DNA of 37,646 nucleotides from Thermosphaera sp. (GTDB lineage Archaea; Thermoproteota; Thermoprotei_A; Sulfolobales; Desulfurococcaceae): NCBI GenBank assembly GCA_020833525.1, contig JAJHRV010000001.1, positions 1 to 37,646 of the forward strand, read 5' to 3'. Shown piece by piece: positions 1 to 9,069 of this stretch (position 1 is its first letter; each line of letters starts with the position of its first letter). The notes under the pieces were generated by a model. It saw only the letters and a program-made list of their open reading frames with translations, ran no database searches and was not told where the DNA came from. The position numbers and the translations under genes were made by a program.

Positions 1-391
1 TTGCTACTCTTCTCGTATTAAAACGCTTCTCAGCGAATTCACTGAATCTAAATGTAATTATCCGGTTTCCTTGAAACACGCTGGGTTCTACATACTCCTC
101 ATCTACTACTACCAGTGTGTTTTCTCCTAAGATCTTCTTATAGTAGTTGAGTCTATAAGGATACATAAACACCGCGATATCGGGTTTTAAGACTCTTACG
201 TATGGAGCCTCCTCCATTGAAGATGCAATCACTACATCCGACCTACTCTCCCCGCCACGAGTTTCAGCCGCATACGTCTCAGTTACAACCGCGTATAATC
301 CAGCATACTTACTAGCAGCCAACCCCATGATCCTCCCTAATAATAAAACCCCTTGTCCACCTCTACCCACAATTAAAACCTCATACTTCAA
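1..391 (-). CDS. 2-oxoacid:ferredoxin oxidoreductase, gamma subunit (N-terminal part only; the gene runs off the window start)
   Basis: My translation of the minus strand from TTG at 391-389 gives LKYEVLIVGRGGQGVLLLGRIMGLAASKYAGLYAVVTETYAAETRGGESRSDVVIASS... The GRGGQG and ETRGG motifs are typical of OFOR gamma subunits. The start overlaps the beta-subunit stop (TTGA). Confidence 0.8.
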   Translation of the reverse strand, partial: MKYEVLIVGRGGQGVLLLGRIMGLAASKYAGLYAVVTETYAAETRGGESRSDVVIASSMEEAPYVRVLKPDIAVFMYPYRLNYYKKILGENTLVVVDEEYVEPSVFQGNRIITFRFSEFAEKRFNTRRVA

Positions 392-1218
392 CTCCTAACA
401 CCCTTAAGTATTTCTATGAGTGATGGATTACTCCTCTCCACAAACTCCCCTATGACGATCCCCTTCTCCCAGTCGATCTCCGCCTTTTCAAGGCTTGGCT
501 TGTGCTTATACTTAACCCTTTTCCTCAACTCACTGTACATTTCAACGGGGTCTCGGAGACCAATGTGTCTTCCATATATCTCCGGGCACGTCGATACAAT
601 CTCTATGAATCTAAATCCACGCATACCCAAGGCCTTGTAGAAGAACTGCTCTATGTAGTGTGGTGTAGTGACACTTGCACGTGCAACGTAGTTAGCATTT
701 AGTGAACCAACTAGTTTAACAGCGTTTACGGGGTACTCGGGGTTTCCACGTGGAGTTGTAGTGGTTGAAACACCCCGTGGAGTTGTTGGCGCTACCTGCC
801 CACCTGTCATTGCGTACACGAAGTTTGTGAACATTAGTACTATCATATCTACATTCCTCCTAGCAGCGTGTATAAGGTGGTTTCCCCCGATTCCAGCTAT
901 GTCTCCATCACCACCAGTAACTATGGCCAGGAGATCGGGGTTTGCTAGCACAGCTCCCAGAGCAAATGGTATTGCCCTCCCGTGGATTACATGTGCTGCA
1001 TCATAGTTAACATAAAACACCATTCTCGAGGAGCAGCCAATGCCCCCTACCCATAGTACTTTATCGGGGTTTATAGTGCCTTCACTAATTCTCTTGTCGA
1101 GTGCTCTGAGTAACGCACCCAGCGCTATTCCAAGCCCGCATCCAGGACAGTATAGTGTTGGTATTCTCTCTAAGCGGAGGTGTTTATCGAGTGGGTGTAT
1201 TTGCCTAGTCATAGCCAT
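388..1218 (-). CDS. 2-oxoacid:ferredoxin oxidoreductase, beta subunit (TPP-binding)
   Basis: Contains CPGCGLG and the GGDGD..GIGGNH TPP motif. An alternative ATG at 1212 forms an ATGA overlap with the alpha-subunit stop. Confidence 0.9.
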   Translation of the reverse strand: MAMTRQIHPLDKHLRLERIPTLYCPGCGLGIALGALLRALDKRISEGTINPDKVLWVGGIGCSSRMVFYVNYDAAHVIHGRAIPFALGAVLANPDLLAIVTGGDGDIAGIGGNHLIHAARRNVDMIVLMFTNFVYAMTGGQVAPTTPRGVSTTTTPRGNPEYPVNAVKLVGSLNANYVARASVTTPHYIEQFFYKALGMRGFRFIEIVSTCPEIYGRHIGLRDPVEMYSELRKRVKYKHKPSLEKAEIDWEKGIVIGEFVERSNPSLIEILKGVRS

Positions 1219-2333
1219 GGCTCTACAGCCTCGAGTACATCTCTCGGTGTTGGGAGTTCGAGGCTTAAAACTGGTGATGGATAGACTTCTCTATCCTTAA
1301 AGATCCTATCTATATCCAAGTATATCTTCCCAATATTATTCTCAACCACTATGATCTTCCTTGCATTCGAAGTCTTCCTAATTCTATCATCATCGAGTGG
1401 CCACAGAGTCTTCAACCTCAAGAAACCAGCTTTTACACCCTGCTTTCTCAACTCAATTGTGGCTAGGTATGTTGATCGAGCTGTTGAACCATAGGAGACG
1501 AGGAGTACATCTGCATCTTCAGTAAACCTAGCGTCTTGCTCATATACATAGTCTAGCCTCTTCAATACTTTCAGTGAAATCCGCTTAACAAGAGACCTGT
1601 AACCATCATCTCTTGGACTATAAAACCCTCTTTCATCGTGAATTAGTGACTCAACCAACACCTTGAAACCCCTTCCAAATAGAGGCATTGGGGGGACAAG
1701 GTCTGGGTCAGGCTTGTATGGCGGGTACGGCTCTCCAGTGGGATCTACAGGAGTCTTCCTATTAACGATCTCAACATCCCCCCTCTCCATTAATGTAAGG
1801 GGTTCCCATAAGTGGGCTATGACTGCGTCGCTGAGGACTACAACGGGTGTTCTAAGTAACTCAGCTGTGTTGAAGGCTTTTATCGTCAAGTCGTAGGCTT
1901 CTTGAACGCTCCAGGGTGAGTAAACGGGTATTATGTAGTCACCGTGGGACATCCACCTCGCCTGTAGAACATCCGATTGACTTGTCTTTGTTGGTACACC
2001 AGTGCTTGGACCAGCCCGCATTACGTTAACAACAACTAGTGGGGTCTCCGTTATAATTGCTAATCCAATCGCCTCAGCCATTAAGGAGAAGCCCGGGCCA
2101 GAGGTTGCGGTCATTGCCTTTGCTCCAGCCCACGAGGCCCCTATGACAGCGTTTATTGAGGCTATTTCATCCTCCATTTGTATCAATACTCCCCCATACT
2201 CTGGTAGCTTCTCTGCCAGGTACTCCATGATCTCTGAGCTCGGGGTAATAGGGTACCCAGCGTAGAACTTCAAACCCGCTGTTAAAGCACCCTCAGCAAT
2301 AGCCATGTTTCCAGATGCAAATGTCTTCCTCAC
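1209..2333 (-). CDS. 2-oxoacid:ferredoxin oxidoreductase, alpha subunit
   Basis: The track ORF (to 2399) has a non-homologous N-terminal extension that overlaps the delta gene. A GTG at 2333-2331 lies 2 nt after the delta stop and gives VRKTFASGNMAIAEGAL..YAGYPITPSSEI, a typical OFOR alpha N-terminus. Confidence 0.85.
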   Translation of the reverse strand: MRKTFASGNMAIAEGALTAGLKFYAGYPITPSSEIMEYLAEKLPEYGGVLIQMEDEIASINAVIGASWAGAKAMTATSGPGFSLMAEAIGLAIITETPLVVVNVMRAGPSTGVPTKTSQSDVLQARWMSHGDYIIPVYSPWSVQEAYDLTIKAFNTAELLRTPVVVLSDAVIAHLWEPLTLMERGDVEIVNRKTPVDPTGEPYPPYKPDPDLVPPMPLFGRGFKVLVESLIHDERGFYSPRDDGYRSLVKRISLKVLKRLDYVYEQDARFTEDADVLLVSYGSTARSTYLATIELRKQGVKAGFLRLKTLWPLDDDRIRKTSNARKIIVVENNIGKIYLDIDRIFKDREVYPSPVLSLELPTPRDVLEAVEPWL

Positions 2334-2334
2334 T

Positions 2335-2598
2335 CTACACCACCTTCTCAACGTAGATCGCGAAGTCCGGGCAATTGTACTCGCAGAGTCTACAGCCAAT
2401 ACACTTGTCTATATTAACTGGGTCTGGTGGGTGATAGCCGTATTTATTTAAAACACTAGACTTCACTAGTACCTTGGTTGGGCAAACAAATATACATATT
2501 CCACATTCTTTACATCGATCAATAACTACAGACACTCTGTACTTACCAGTAGCCCTACTCAGTATACTGGATTGCGCTCCCAGAGCCTGCAACCCCAA
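2335..2598 (-). CDS. 2-oxoacid:ferredoxin oxidoreductase, delta subunit (2x[4Fe-4S] ferredoxin-like)
   Basis: The C-terminal part of track ORF 2335..2760 carries CKECGICIFVCP and CIGCRLCEYNCP. The first 54 codons of the track ORF are low-complexity and run through a TATA-like box. The start is placed at TTG 2598 (or 2592) and is uncertain. Confidence 0.7.
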   Translation of the reverse strand: MGLQALGAQSSILSRATGKYRVSVVIDRCKECGICIFVCPTKVLVKSSVLNKYGYHPPDPVNIDKCIGCRLCEYNCPDFAIYVEKVV

Positions 2599-2644
2599 TA
2601 CACCAGTATAAAGCAACCTGCATTTAAGAATATACAGGTATAGA

Positions 2645-2652
2645 TTATAAAT
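2645..2652 (-). promoter_or_regulatory. Candidate TATA box for the delta-alpha-beta-gamma OFOR operon
   Basis: The minus strand reads TTTATAAT about 47-54 nt upstream of the proposed TTG start, inside the AT-rich divergent intergenic region 2599-2849. Confidence 0.35.
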
Positions 2653-2849
2653 ACATGTATATTTACAACCCCTATAGAGTAAGCAAGTTAATTGAGCCAT
2701 CAAAGAGAATTTCCACTCTTCAAGCATAAAACGCGGTTGATATAAACATATTCTATACACCCTCCTCTAAGGGAGTAAAAAGATCTTTAAATAAACATTT
2801 AAAAAAAAATAAATATCAAAGTGCAACTAATTATACCTGGGGTGTGGAG

Positions 2850-3728
2850 ATGAACCTTAATTGGAACACAATAAATAAAGTTGCCGACGCACTATTAGTA
2901 ATATCTCTAATCTTACTGTTGAGCATACCTAGTCACACCACGATTGTGAGGGCAGGTCAAGACGATAGCAATGATAAAGAAGTAGGCGTGGAATGGCTGG
3001 AGATATACTATGATTTATCAAATCTAACATGGACACAAGAAGAAGCAGAAGGATTTTACAATGCACTCGGTGATAAAGGGTGGACAAAGAGCTTTAACTG
3101 GGGGAATGATCTGGCCTGGGAAAGCGATTTTGAAGATCCAAGCGTGGGAGGATCTGATTATGTTTGGATAGACTCTGTGGACTTTGCATGGTTTGCAGGG
3201 CATGGAGCACCATGGGGTTTTTATTTCTCTAGAGATCACGATGGTGACCATTTTCTAATTAAACTTGTTCACTATACAGAGGTGAAATGGGGAGATAAAG
3301 ATCTAGAATGGATTGTTATTTCAGGGTGTGAAGTTCTTCAATGGAAGCCGGAGGGTCTACCAGACGCAATAAATAGATGGGGCCCTGCTTTTAAAGGCTT
3401 ACACGTAATGATGGGTTTCGACACGGTTCGATATGATCGACTGATATGTTTACATCCATGGGGACCATGTGTATCCCCTGGCGAGAGGATGGTAACGTAT
3501 ATGACAAGAAGTTGGCCCGGTCCTGTACCGATTGGCTATGCGTGGAGATTGACAACCGGAGACTGGCAGCCCGATGATGTTTATGCCGCATTATTAGCCG
3601 TGGTAGATAATTACAATGGATATTTCTATGATAATGACTATCTACCGGGATATGGTTATGTTGGGCCAGATATAGATGATCCGATGCAACCGGAGTATGG
3701 ATTTGTATATAGGAGGTGGCAGTGTTGA
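2850..3728 (+). CDS. Membrane-anchored or secreted protein with a clan-CD-like His/Cys dyad (putative cysteine peptidase; family not recognised)
   Basis: The ORF has an N-terminal hydrophobic anchor (ADALLVISLILLLSIP). The motifs FAWFAGHG (His codon 3201-3203) and EWIVISGCE (Cys codon 3327-3329) lie 42 residues apart. ATG 2850 follows the SD-like GGGGTG; the track start is GTG 2844. Confidence 0.6.
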   Translation: MNLNWNTINKVADALLVISLILLLSIPSHTTIVRAGQDDSNDKEVGVEWLEIYYDLSNLTWTQEEAEGFYNALGDKGWTKSFNWGNDLAWESDFEDPSVGGSDYVWIDSVDFAWFAGHGAPWGFYFSRDHDGDHFLIKLVHYTEVKWGDKDLEWIVISGCEVLQWKPEGLPDAINRWGPAFKGLHVMMGFDTVRYDRLICLHPWGPCVSPGERMVTYMTRSWPGPVPIGYAWRLTTGDWQPDDVYAALLAVVDNYNGYFYDNDYLPGYGYVGPDIDDPMQPEYGFVYRRWQC

Positions 3729-4654
3729 GGTTGAATCCTGTACTTAAATTATTAATTTCAATAGGATTATTCACCGTAGTAGTAATGTCTTTGGTACTGA
3801 TCATATCTGTAAACAGATCGCCCGGTGACTATGGTGCAGAAGTTGTAGTTGTTGAAGCAGAGTTGCCGCGTGTTCCAGGCGAGATAGATGTTCTTGAAGT
3901 GCAATCCATGAATTTATCTAGGGATCAAGTTAAATTAATTGCTAATAGTGTTTTCAACATATCTGTAGACCCTATTTATGAGAACAATAGCTGGGTGTTT
4001 GTAAGTGGCTGGAAAGAGCTTAGAATCTATACTACCGGTAATATTAGGTTCTATGATCACGAGAAAATGCAGAAAACATTTCTAAGAAGAGAAGAAATCA
4101 TGCCCATTGATAAATACATTCAATTAGCGAGAGATTTCGTTGAAAAGCTTAAACTATATGGTTTAATACCATGGAAGATAAGCATCGAGTTAAATAAATC
4201 CAGAGAGGATGTTCTTGCATACGATGAAACCATAATTGGCACTATAAATGGCTCTAGAACCTACTATATAAACAACGTCCACGTGAACTTTGATCTCTAC
4301 TATGATGGAGTGAGAATATGGGGTAGTGGTGGAAAAGTTAGAGTGTACTTTGGTAGAGATGGGGAGATCATAGGGTTTATAGGAGACTTCTGGAATATAA
4401 AGTCCACTCGTAAAGTGCAATTAATAAAGCCGGATGAGGCTATTCAGAAACTGAGAGAAGTGGGGTATGGCAGCTCAATGCCGAGGTCTATGATTAGCAG
4501 AGTTGTCATTAAGTCGGTAGAGCTCGTATACTATGCACCTACACCTGGTGCAGAAAGCACTGTTATCATACCAGTTTATCATATCAGGGGATTTTTAATT
4601 GGTAAGAATAATGAAGAGGTGGAGTTTGTACAATGGGTTCCCGCAGTATATTGA
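3725..4654 (+). CDS. Membrane-anchored exoprotein, unknown function (C-terminal PepSY-like pattern)
   Basis: The N-terminus RLNPVLKLLISIGLFTVVVMSLVLIISV is a basic stretch plus a TM helix. AGGAGG lies at 3711-3716. TTG 3725 overlaps the upstream stop (TTGA); the track start is GTG 3716. The C-terminus KPDEAIQKLREVGYG...VELVYY...PVYHIRG resembles a PepSY-type module. Confidence 0.55.
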   Translation: MRLNPVLKLLISIGLFTVVVMSLVLIISVNRSPGDYGAEVVVVEAELPRVPGEIDVLEVQSMNLSRDQVKLIANSVFNISVDPIYENNSWVFVSGWKELRIYTTGNIRFYDHEKMQKTFLRREEIMPIDKYIQLARDFVEKLKLYGLIPWKISIELNKSREDVLAYDETIIGTINGSRTYYINNVHVNFDLYYDGVRIWGSGGKVRVYFGRDGEIIGFIGDFWNIKSTRKVQLIKPDEAIQKLREVGYGSSMPRSMISRVVIKSVELVYYAPTPGAESTVIIPVYHIRGFLIGKNNEEVEFVQWVPAVY

Positions 4655-5157
4655 AGAGTAAAGTTTTTTGGATTTCTCTGTCCTTACTAATGGTATTACT
4701 CGTGATATCATACTTGGTTTTATCACAGCCGAGAGTTTCGCTGGGTGGGAAGGTTAAAGAGATAATTGTTCATTACCAAGATGGTGAGACATTGACACTA
4801 AACTCGTCATCTCCGGGTTTTGAGAAGCTCTTGACATCGATTGAAGATGTACTTAGCCACTTGTATGGACTCGCTGTATGTGTCTTTACTAAGCAACATG
4901 TTGAATTAGTGAAGAGTGAGTCTACGTATGTAGAAGTAGTGCTTGATAAACCATATAATCTAACCTATATAACGCAGAATGGAGTCTACTATGAATATAC
5001 AGATAGATTAGTAATTATTCTCCAGGCAAAGGACAAGTCTGAAGAGGGGAGAGTCTATAGCACCGTTAGTGGCGAGTATTGGGGCTGTTTTAGGATATTT
5101 CCTACATGGCCGTGGTTTCAAAATCTCTTAAATACCGTTATTGAGTTAAGGAAATAA
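4633..5157 (+). CDS. Membrane-anchored protein, unknown function
   Basis: ATG is preceded by GAGGTGGA. There is a 22-nt overlap with the upstream gene. The N-terminal TM helix is VFWISLSLLMVLLVISYLVL. I recognise no family. Confidence 0.5.
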   Translation: MGSRSILKSKVFWISLSLLMVLLVISYLVLSQPRVSLGGKVKEIIVHYQDGETLTLNSSSPGFEKLLTSIEDVLSHLYGLAVCVFTKQHVELVKSESTYVEVVLDKPYNLTYITQNGVYYEYTDRLVIILQAKDKSEEGRVYSTVSGEYWGCFRIFPTWPWFQNLLNTVIELRK

Positions 5158-5180
5158 TTTTTCGTGGCAATGGCTTTTTT
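5158..5180 (+). terminator. T-run terminator candidates after the three-gene operon
   Basis: A T5 run (5158-5162) and a T6 run (5175-5180) directly follow the stop codon. Archaeal intrinsic termination uses oligo-T tracts. Confidence 0.4.
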
Positions 5181-5361
5181 CAATGTCTTCCATGAAGCCC
5201 TCACTCAGATATTTTATTATATCGTGAAATGGATCATTGTTCTTGTTGGTATTGAAATATAGAGTTGTAGATGCTTACAAGCGATATCATTTACTGCTTT
5301 TTGTTTTTCACATTAATGCGTGGTGGAGAAGAGGAGTTTTAGGTATTATTGGTGTTTGATG

Positions 5362-5369
5362 TATATAAA
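5362..5369 (+). promoter_or_regulatory. TATA box of the gamma-delta-alpha-beta OFOR operon
   Basis: TATATAAA lies 32-41 nt upstream of the GTG 5401 / TTG 5410 candidate starts. It sits inside the track ORF's N-terminal extension (5320), which argues against that start. Confidence 0.5.
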
Positions 5370-5409
5370 TGCTGGTTTTATAGGTGAAATTGAAGTAGGT
5401 GTGTTTGAA

Positions 5410-5964
5410 TTGCTAGTTGAGATTAGGTGGCATAGTAGGGGAGGGCAGGGTGGTTGGACTGCTAGTAACTTGGCAGCGCTAGCTGCGTCCTATGAGGGTA
5501 AGTATGTGCAGAGTTTCCCAGCGTTTGGGCCTGAGAGGTCTGGTGCACCAATAATGGCTTTTACTAGGATTAGTGATGAGCCTGTGGAAATACACAGTAT
5601 GGTTTATAACCCAGACATCGTTGTTGTACTCGACTATACATTGTTGTCTCCAAGTATACTTAGTGGTCTAAAGCAGGGTGGCATCATAATAACTAACTAC
5701 ACGGGAAGCGAGGAGCAAGTGTTTAGCTCTCTCGGCATTAAGAAGGGGGATTATAGAGTTGTCTTAATACCTGCATCGAAACTGGCCCTCGAGGTGTTGA
5801 AGTCCAAGATCACTAATACGGCTATGCTTGCTGGAATCGTGAAGATTGGTGTTGTGAAGATCGAGAGTGTTGAAAAAGCTATTAGTGAGAGGTTTTCTAA
5901 ACCAGTAGCTGAGAAAAACATATTGCTTGTTAGAAGAGCACTTGAAGAAGCGAGAGAGGTGTAA
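5410..5964 (+). CDS. porG: Pyruvate/2-oxoisovalerate:ferredoxin oxidoreductase, gamma subunit
   Basis: LVEIRWHSRGGQGGWTA...FGPERSGAP is the OFOR gamma signature. The start is TTG 5410 or GTG 5401, both in frame. I cannot separate POR from VOR by eye. Confidence 0.8.
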   Translation: MLVEIRWHSRGGQGGWTASNLAALAASYEGKYVQSFPAFGPERSGAPIMAFTRISDEPVEIHSMVYNPDIVVVLDYTLLSPSILSGLKQGGIIITNYTGSEEQVFSSLGIKKGDYRVVLIPASKLALEVLKSKITNTAMLAGIVKIGVVKIESVEKAISERFSKPVAEKNILLVRRALEEAREV

Positions 5965-5967
5965 GAT

Positions 5968-6246
5968 ATGGCTACTCTACGCTCGTGGCGTGAAATACCA
6001 CTTGGTGGAGTTGCATTTAGGCTTTCAACAGACGTTAAAACTGGTGATTGGAGGGCTCTGAGGCCAGTGATTGATCAGAGTAAGTGCACAAAGTGCATGA
6101 TATGCTGGCTCTACTGCCCAGACATGTCGATAATATGGGATGGAGAGAAGGTATTTGTAAACTACGACTACTGTAAGGGCTGCGGCATATGTGCACATGA
6201 ATGCCCCGTGAAGGCGATAACAATGGTTCCAGAGGTGGGGGAGTAG
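5968..6246 (+). CDS. porD: POR/VOR delta subunit (2x[4Fe-4S])
   Basis: Contains CTKCMICWLYCPD and CKGCGICAHECP, in the typical position between gamma and alpha. Confidence 0.85.
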   Translation: MATLRSWREIPLGGVAFRLSTDVKTGDWRALRPVIDQSKCTKCMICWLYCPDMSIIWDGEKVFVNYDYCKGCGICAHECPVKAITMVPEVGE

Positions 6247-6248
6247 GT

Positions 6249-7514
6249 ATGAGTAGGCTTCAATTAGTCCCCAAGTATCCACGTGAGAAGCAAGTAATGA
6301 TGAATCTCAATGGAGATGAGGCAATAGCATATGCTGCTAAACAGAGCTATGTAGACGTGGTTGCAGCATACCCTATAACCCCACAGACAATAATCGTTGA
6401 GAAGTACTCGGAGTTTGTAGCTAACGGTGAAGTACACACTGAGTTTGTACCCGTGGAGTCAGAGCACTCAGCTATGAGTGCATGTGTTGGGGCTGCAGCT
6501 GCTGGTGCGAGAGCATTCACTGCCACCTCCTCGCAGGGTTTGGCATTAATGGTTGAGATTTTATATATAGCTAGCGGCCTCAGACTACCGATAGTCCTAG
6601 CTGTGGTTAATAGAGCTCTCTCAGCACCAATAAATATTCACAACGACCACTCGGATGCATACTTAATGAGGGATTCTGGCTGGATCATGCTTTTCGCGGA
6701 GAATGTTCAGGAGGCATATGACACGACAATCCAGGCATTTAAGATCGCTGAGCACCCAGAAGTCCAGTTACCTACCTCAGTGCACATTGATGGATTCTTC
6801 CTAAGCCACACACTTGAGAACATTTATACTTTACCTGATGAAGCTGTCTACGAGTTCCTCGGTGGTCCAAGGAAGATCCCTAAGGTTAGGGTGGATTACT
6901 TCGGTGAAGAAGTAGACTATGTGTTAAACCCCGCTAGACCACTCTCATTCGGTAACCTAGCACTATACGATTACTACTTCGAGATGAAGATACCGCAGTT
7001 GATCGCGATTAATAAGGCTTTAGACGTCATTAAGCAAGTTAATGAGGAGTGGTATGAGTTAACGGGTAGAAGGTATGGAAATGGATTAGTAGACCCCTAC
7101 ATGGTTGAAGACGCGGACATTGTTATAGTTGCTATGGGTAGTGGTGCTGGGACAATTAGGAGTGTTGTTAAGAAGTATCGTGAGAGAGGGTTGAAGATTG
7201 GTTTACTTAGAGTGAGGTCTTATAGGCCGTTCCCACACAGTGATATTAGGAATCTATTGAGGAATACCAAGCTCGTTGTAGTCATGGATAGAGCTATCGG
7301 ACCCGGGCAGTATGGAGCACTATACCTAGACATAGCGTCAACTCTATACCATGAGAGGAGTAGGCCAATACTAGTCGACTACGTGTATGGTCTTGGAGGA
7401 AGAGATTTATCACCAGACATGGTTTCCACCATGATAAACCAGCTTGTAAAAGACCTCGAGAGAGGATACATACCCGAAGAGGAGAGATTGAGGTTTCTCG
7501 GGGTGAGGGGCTAA
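6249..7514 (+). CDS. porA: POR/VOR alpha subunit
   Basis: NGDEAIAYAAKQSYVDVVAAYPITPQT is a typical N-terminus. The start is taken at ATG 6249, just after the porD stop. The track start at 6201 overlaps porD. Confidence 0.85.
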   Translation: MSRLQLVPKYPREKQVMMNLNGDEAIAYAAKQSYVDVVAAYPITPQTIIVEKYSEFVANGEVHTEFVPVESEHSAMSACVGAAAAGARAFTATSSQGLALMVEILYIASGLRLPIVLAVVNRALSAPINIHNDHSDAYLMRDSGWIMLFAENVQEAYDTTIQAFKIAEHPEVQLPTSVHIDGFFLSHTLENIYTLPDEAVYEFLGGPRKIPKVRVDYFGEEVDYVLNPARPLSFGNLALYDYYFEMKIPQLIAINKALDVIKQVNEEWYELTGRRYGNGLVDPYMVEDADIVIVAMGSGAGTIRSVVKKYRERGLKIGLLRVRSYRPFPHSDIRNLLRNTKLVVVMDRAIGPGQYGALYLDIASTLYHERSRPILVDYVYGLGGRDLSPDMVSTMINQLVKDLERGYIPEEERLRFLGVRG

Positions 7515-8572
7515 TGGTCGTCAAGACTATCCCTGAAATACCAGTTAAGAAGGGAGAGCCACCCTACAAGCTCTGGATATTTGAGCCCGGCGAGAAGAAG
7601 GAGTTCCCATTAGTGTTTAATTTAAGGCAGTTAGCAGAGCAGAGGAGGCCTGCGCTAATACCAGGGCACAGGCTATGTGCTGGTTGTGCAGCACCAATAG
7701 TTGTTAAATTAGCTAGCTTCGCGTTTAGGGGCCCAACAATCGTTGTCAGCGCAACTGGTTGCCTCGAGGTGTCAACATCGATCTATCCATATACAAGTTG
7801 GGCCGTACCATGGATCCACAATGCATTTGAAAACGCTGCAGCAACAGCTAGTGGAATTGAAGCAGCTATTAAGGCTTTGAAGAAGACTGGTAGGCTTAAA
7901 TACGATCACGTAGACGTAGTGGTGTTCGCGGGTGATGGTGGAACATATGATATAGGATTCCAGGCACTGAGTGGTATGGCTGAGCGTGGCCATGACGTAC
8001 TCTACATACTCTACGATAACGAGGCCTACATGAATACTGGTATCCAAAGGTCTGGCGGGACACCTAAATTCGCCTGGACAACGACATCACCTGTTGGAAG
8101 CGTATTACCTGGTAAGGGAGAGCATAAGAAGCCTATTGCAGACATAATGGTTGCCCATAGGATACCCTACGTTGCAACAGCCACTCCAGCACACTGGATG
8201 GACTTAATGAAGAAGGTTAGAAAAGGCATTGAAGTTAATGGACCAGCATTTATACACGCTCTAAGTAGCTGTGATAGGGGTTGGAGGCATGAGGAGGCAA
8301 TATCTATCGAAATACTTAGAAGAGCTGTTGACACATGCTACTTCCCACTATGGGAGTGGACTCCTGAGACAGGCTACTTGCTAACTGATAGAAGCCTAGT
8401 GATAGCTAGAAACCCGTCTCTCAAGCAACCAATTGATAAATTCCTCGAGGTTCAGGGTAGGTTTAGGCACCTACTGAGACCGGAGAACAAGGAGTTGCTT
8501 AAGCAACTACAGGACTATGTCGATGCTGTCTGGGAGGACTTGTTGAAGAGAGCTTCAAACGCTCCACGGTAG
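7514..8572 (+). CDS. porB: POR/VOR beta subunit (TPP- and [4Fe-4S]-binding)
   Basis: Contains CAGCAAP and the GDGGTYDIGFQ...NEAYMNTG TPP motif. There is a TAATG overlap with porA. Confidence 0.9.
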   Translation: MVVKTIPEIPVKKGEPPYKLWIFEPGEKKEFPLVFNLRQLAEQRRPALIPGHRLCAGCAAPIVVKLASFAFRGPTIVVSATGCLEVSTSIYPYTSWAVPWIHNAFENAAATASGIEAAIKALKKTGRLKYDHVDVVVFAGDGGTYDIGFQALSGMAERGHDVLYILYDNEAYMNTGIQRSGGTPKFAWTTTSPVGSVLPGKGEHKKPIADIMVAHRIPYVATATPAHWMDLMKKVRKGIEVNGPAFIHALSSCDRGWRHEEAISIEILRRAVDTCYFPLWEWTPETGYLLTDRSLVIARNPSLKQPIDKFLEVQGRFRHLLRPENKELLKQLQDYVDAVWEDLLKRASNAPR

Positions 8573-9069
8573 TGGGATTGATTGATTTTTGTTCATTATT
8601 TCAAAACTCTTTTTTAATCATCGGCACTGGTTCTCCTCTGAGGCAGGATGATCAAGCCGGGTTAATAGCGTGTGATGAACTATTAAGGAATGATGTCTTC
8701 TGCTTGAAGTGCGAGTATGGAGTTGAAAACTGCTTTGGGGAAATAGAGAGGTTTAAGCCCCGCTATTTGATTATAATTGACGCGGCTTTATTTGAGAACG
8801 GTAGACCCGGGGACATAATTGTTGCAAGCGAGGAATCCATTAGTGAAGTGAACTTAGTGTTATCAACACACAATATTCCACTCACGCTGTTAATAGATTT
8901 AATGAAGAAGACTTGGAGACTCGAGAAAATATACGTGATTGGTATATACCCCAAGAGCATGGATTTAGGGTTAGAGGTGTCGCTCGAAGTCTCCTCCTCC
9001 ATAGAGAGACTTGTAGAGGAGATAAAGAAGTGTATTAGAAGAGAAAGGAGAATGGAAGAACTGGTATAA
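8572..9069 (+). CDS. hycI: [NiFe]-hydrogenase maturation endopeptidase (HycI/HybD family)
   Basis: IIGTGSPLRQDDQAG ... IIIDAALFENGRPGD ... LSTHNIPL matches the Asp/Asp/His metal-ligand pattern of this family. The GTG start overlaps the porB stop (TAGTG). Confidence 0.7.
   Translation: MGLIDFCSLFQNSFLIIGTGSPLRQDDQAGLIACDELLRNDVFCLKCEYGVENCFGEIERFKPRYLIIIDAALFENGRPGDIIVASEESISEVNLVLSTHNIPLTLLIDLMKKTWRLEKIYVIGIYPKSMDLGLEVSLEVSSSIERLVEEIKKCIRRERRMEELV

Noticed and set aside
416-2265. Plus-strand track ORFs 416..640, 502..702, 761..1006, 1040..1300, 1663..1896 and 2002..2265, lying inside the minus-strand OFOR genes
   Set aside because: They are antisense shadows of strongly supported genes. They have low-complexity, Ser/Pro/Leu-rich composition and no motifs or ribosome-binding context.
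2599-2760. N-terminal 54 codons of track ORF 2335..2760, and the extensions of 1209..2399, 5320..5964 and 6201..7514
   Set aside because: The extensions are not homologous to the respective OFOR subunits. They overlap upstream genes or run through TATA-like boxes. Better starts exist with start/stop coupling (2598, 2333, 5410/5401, 6249).
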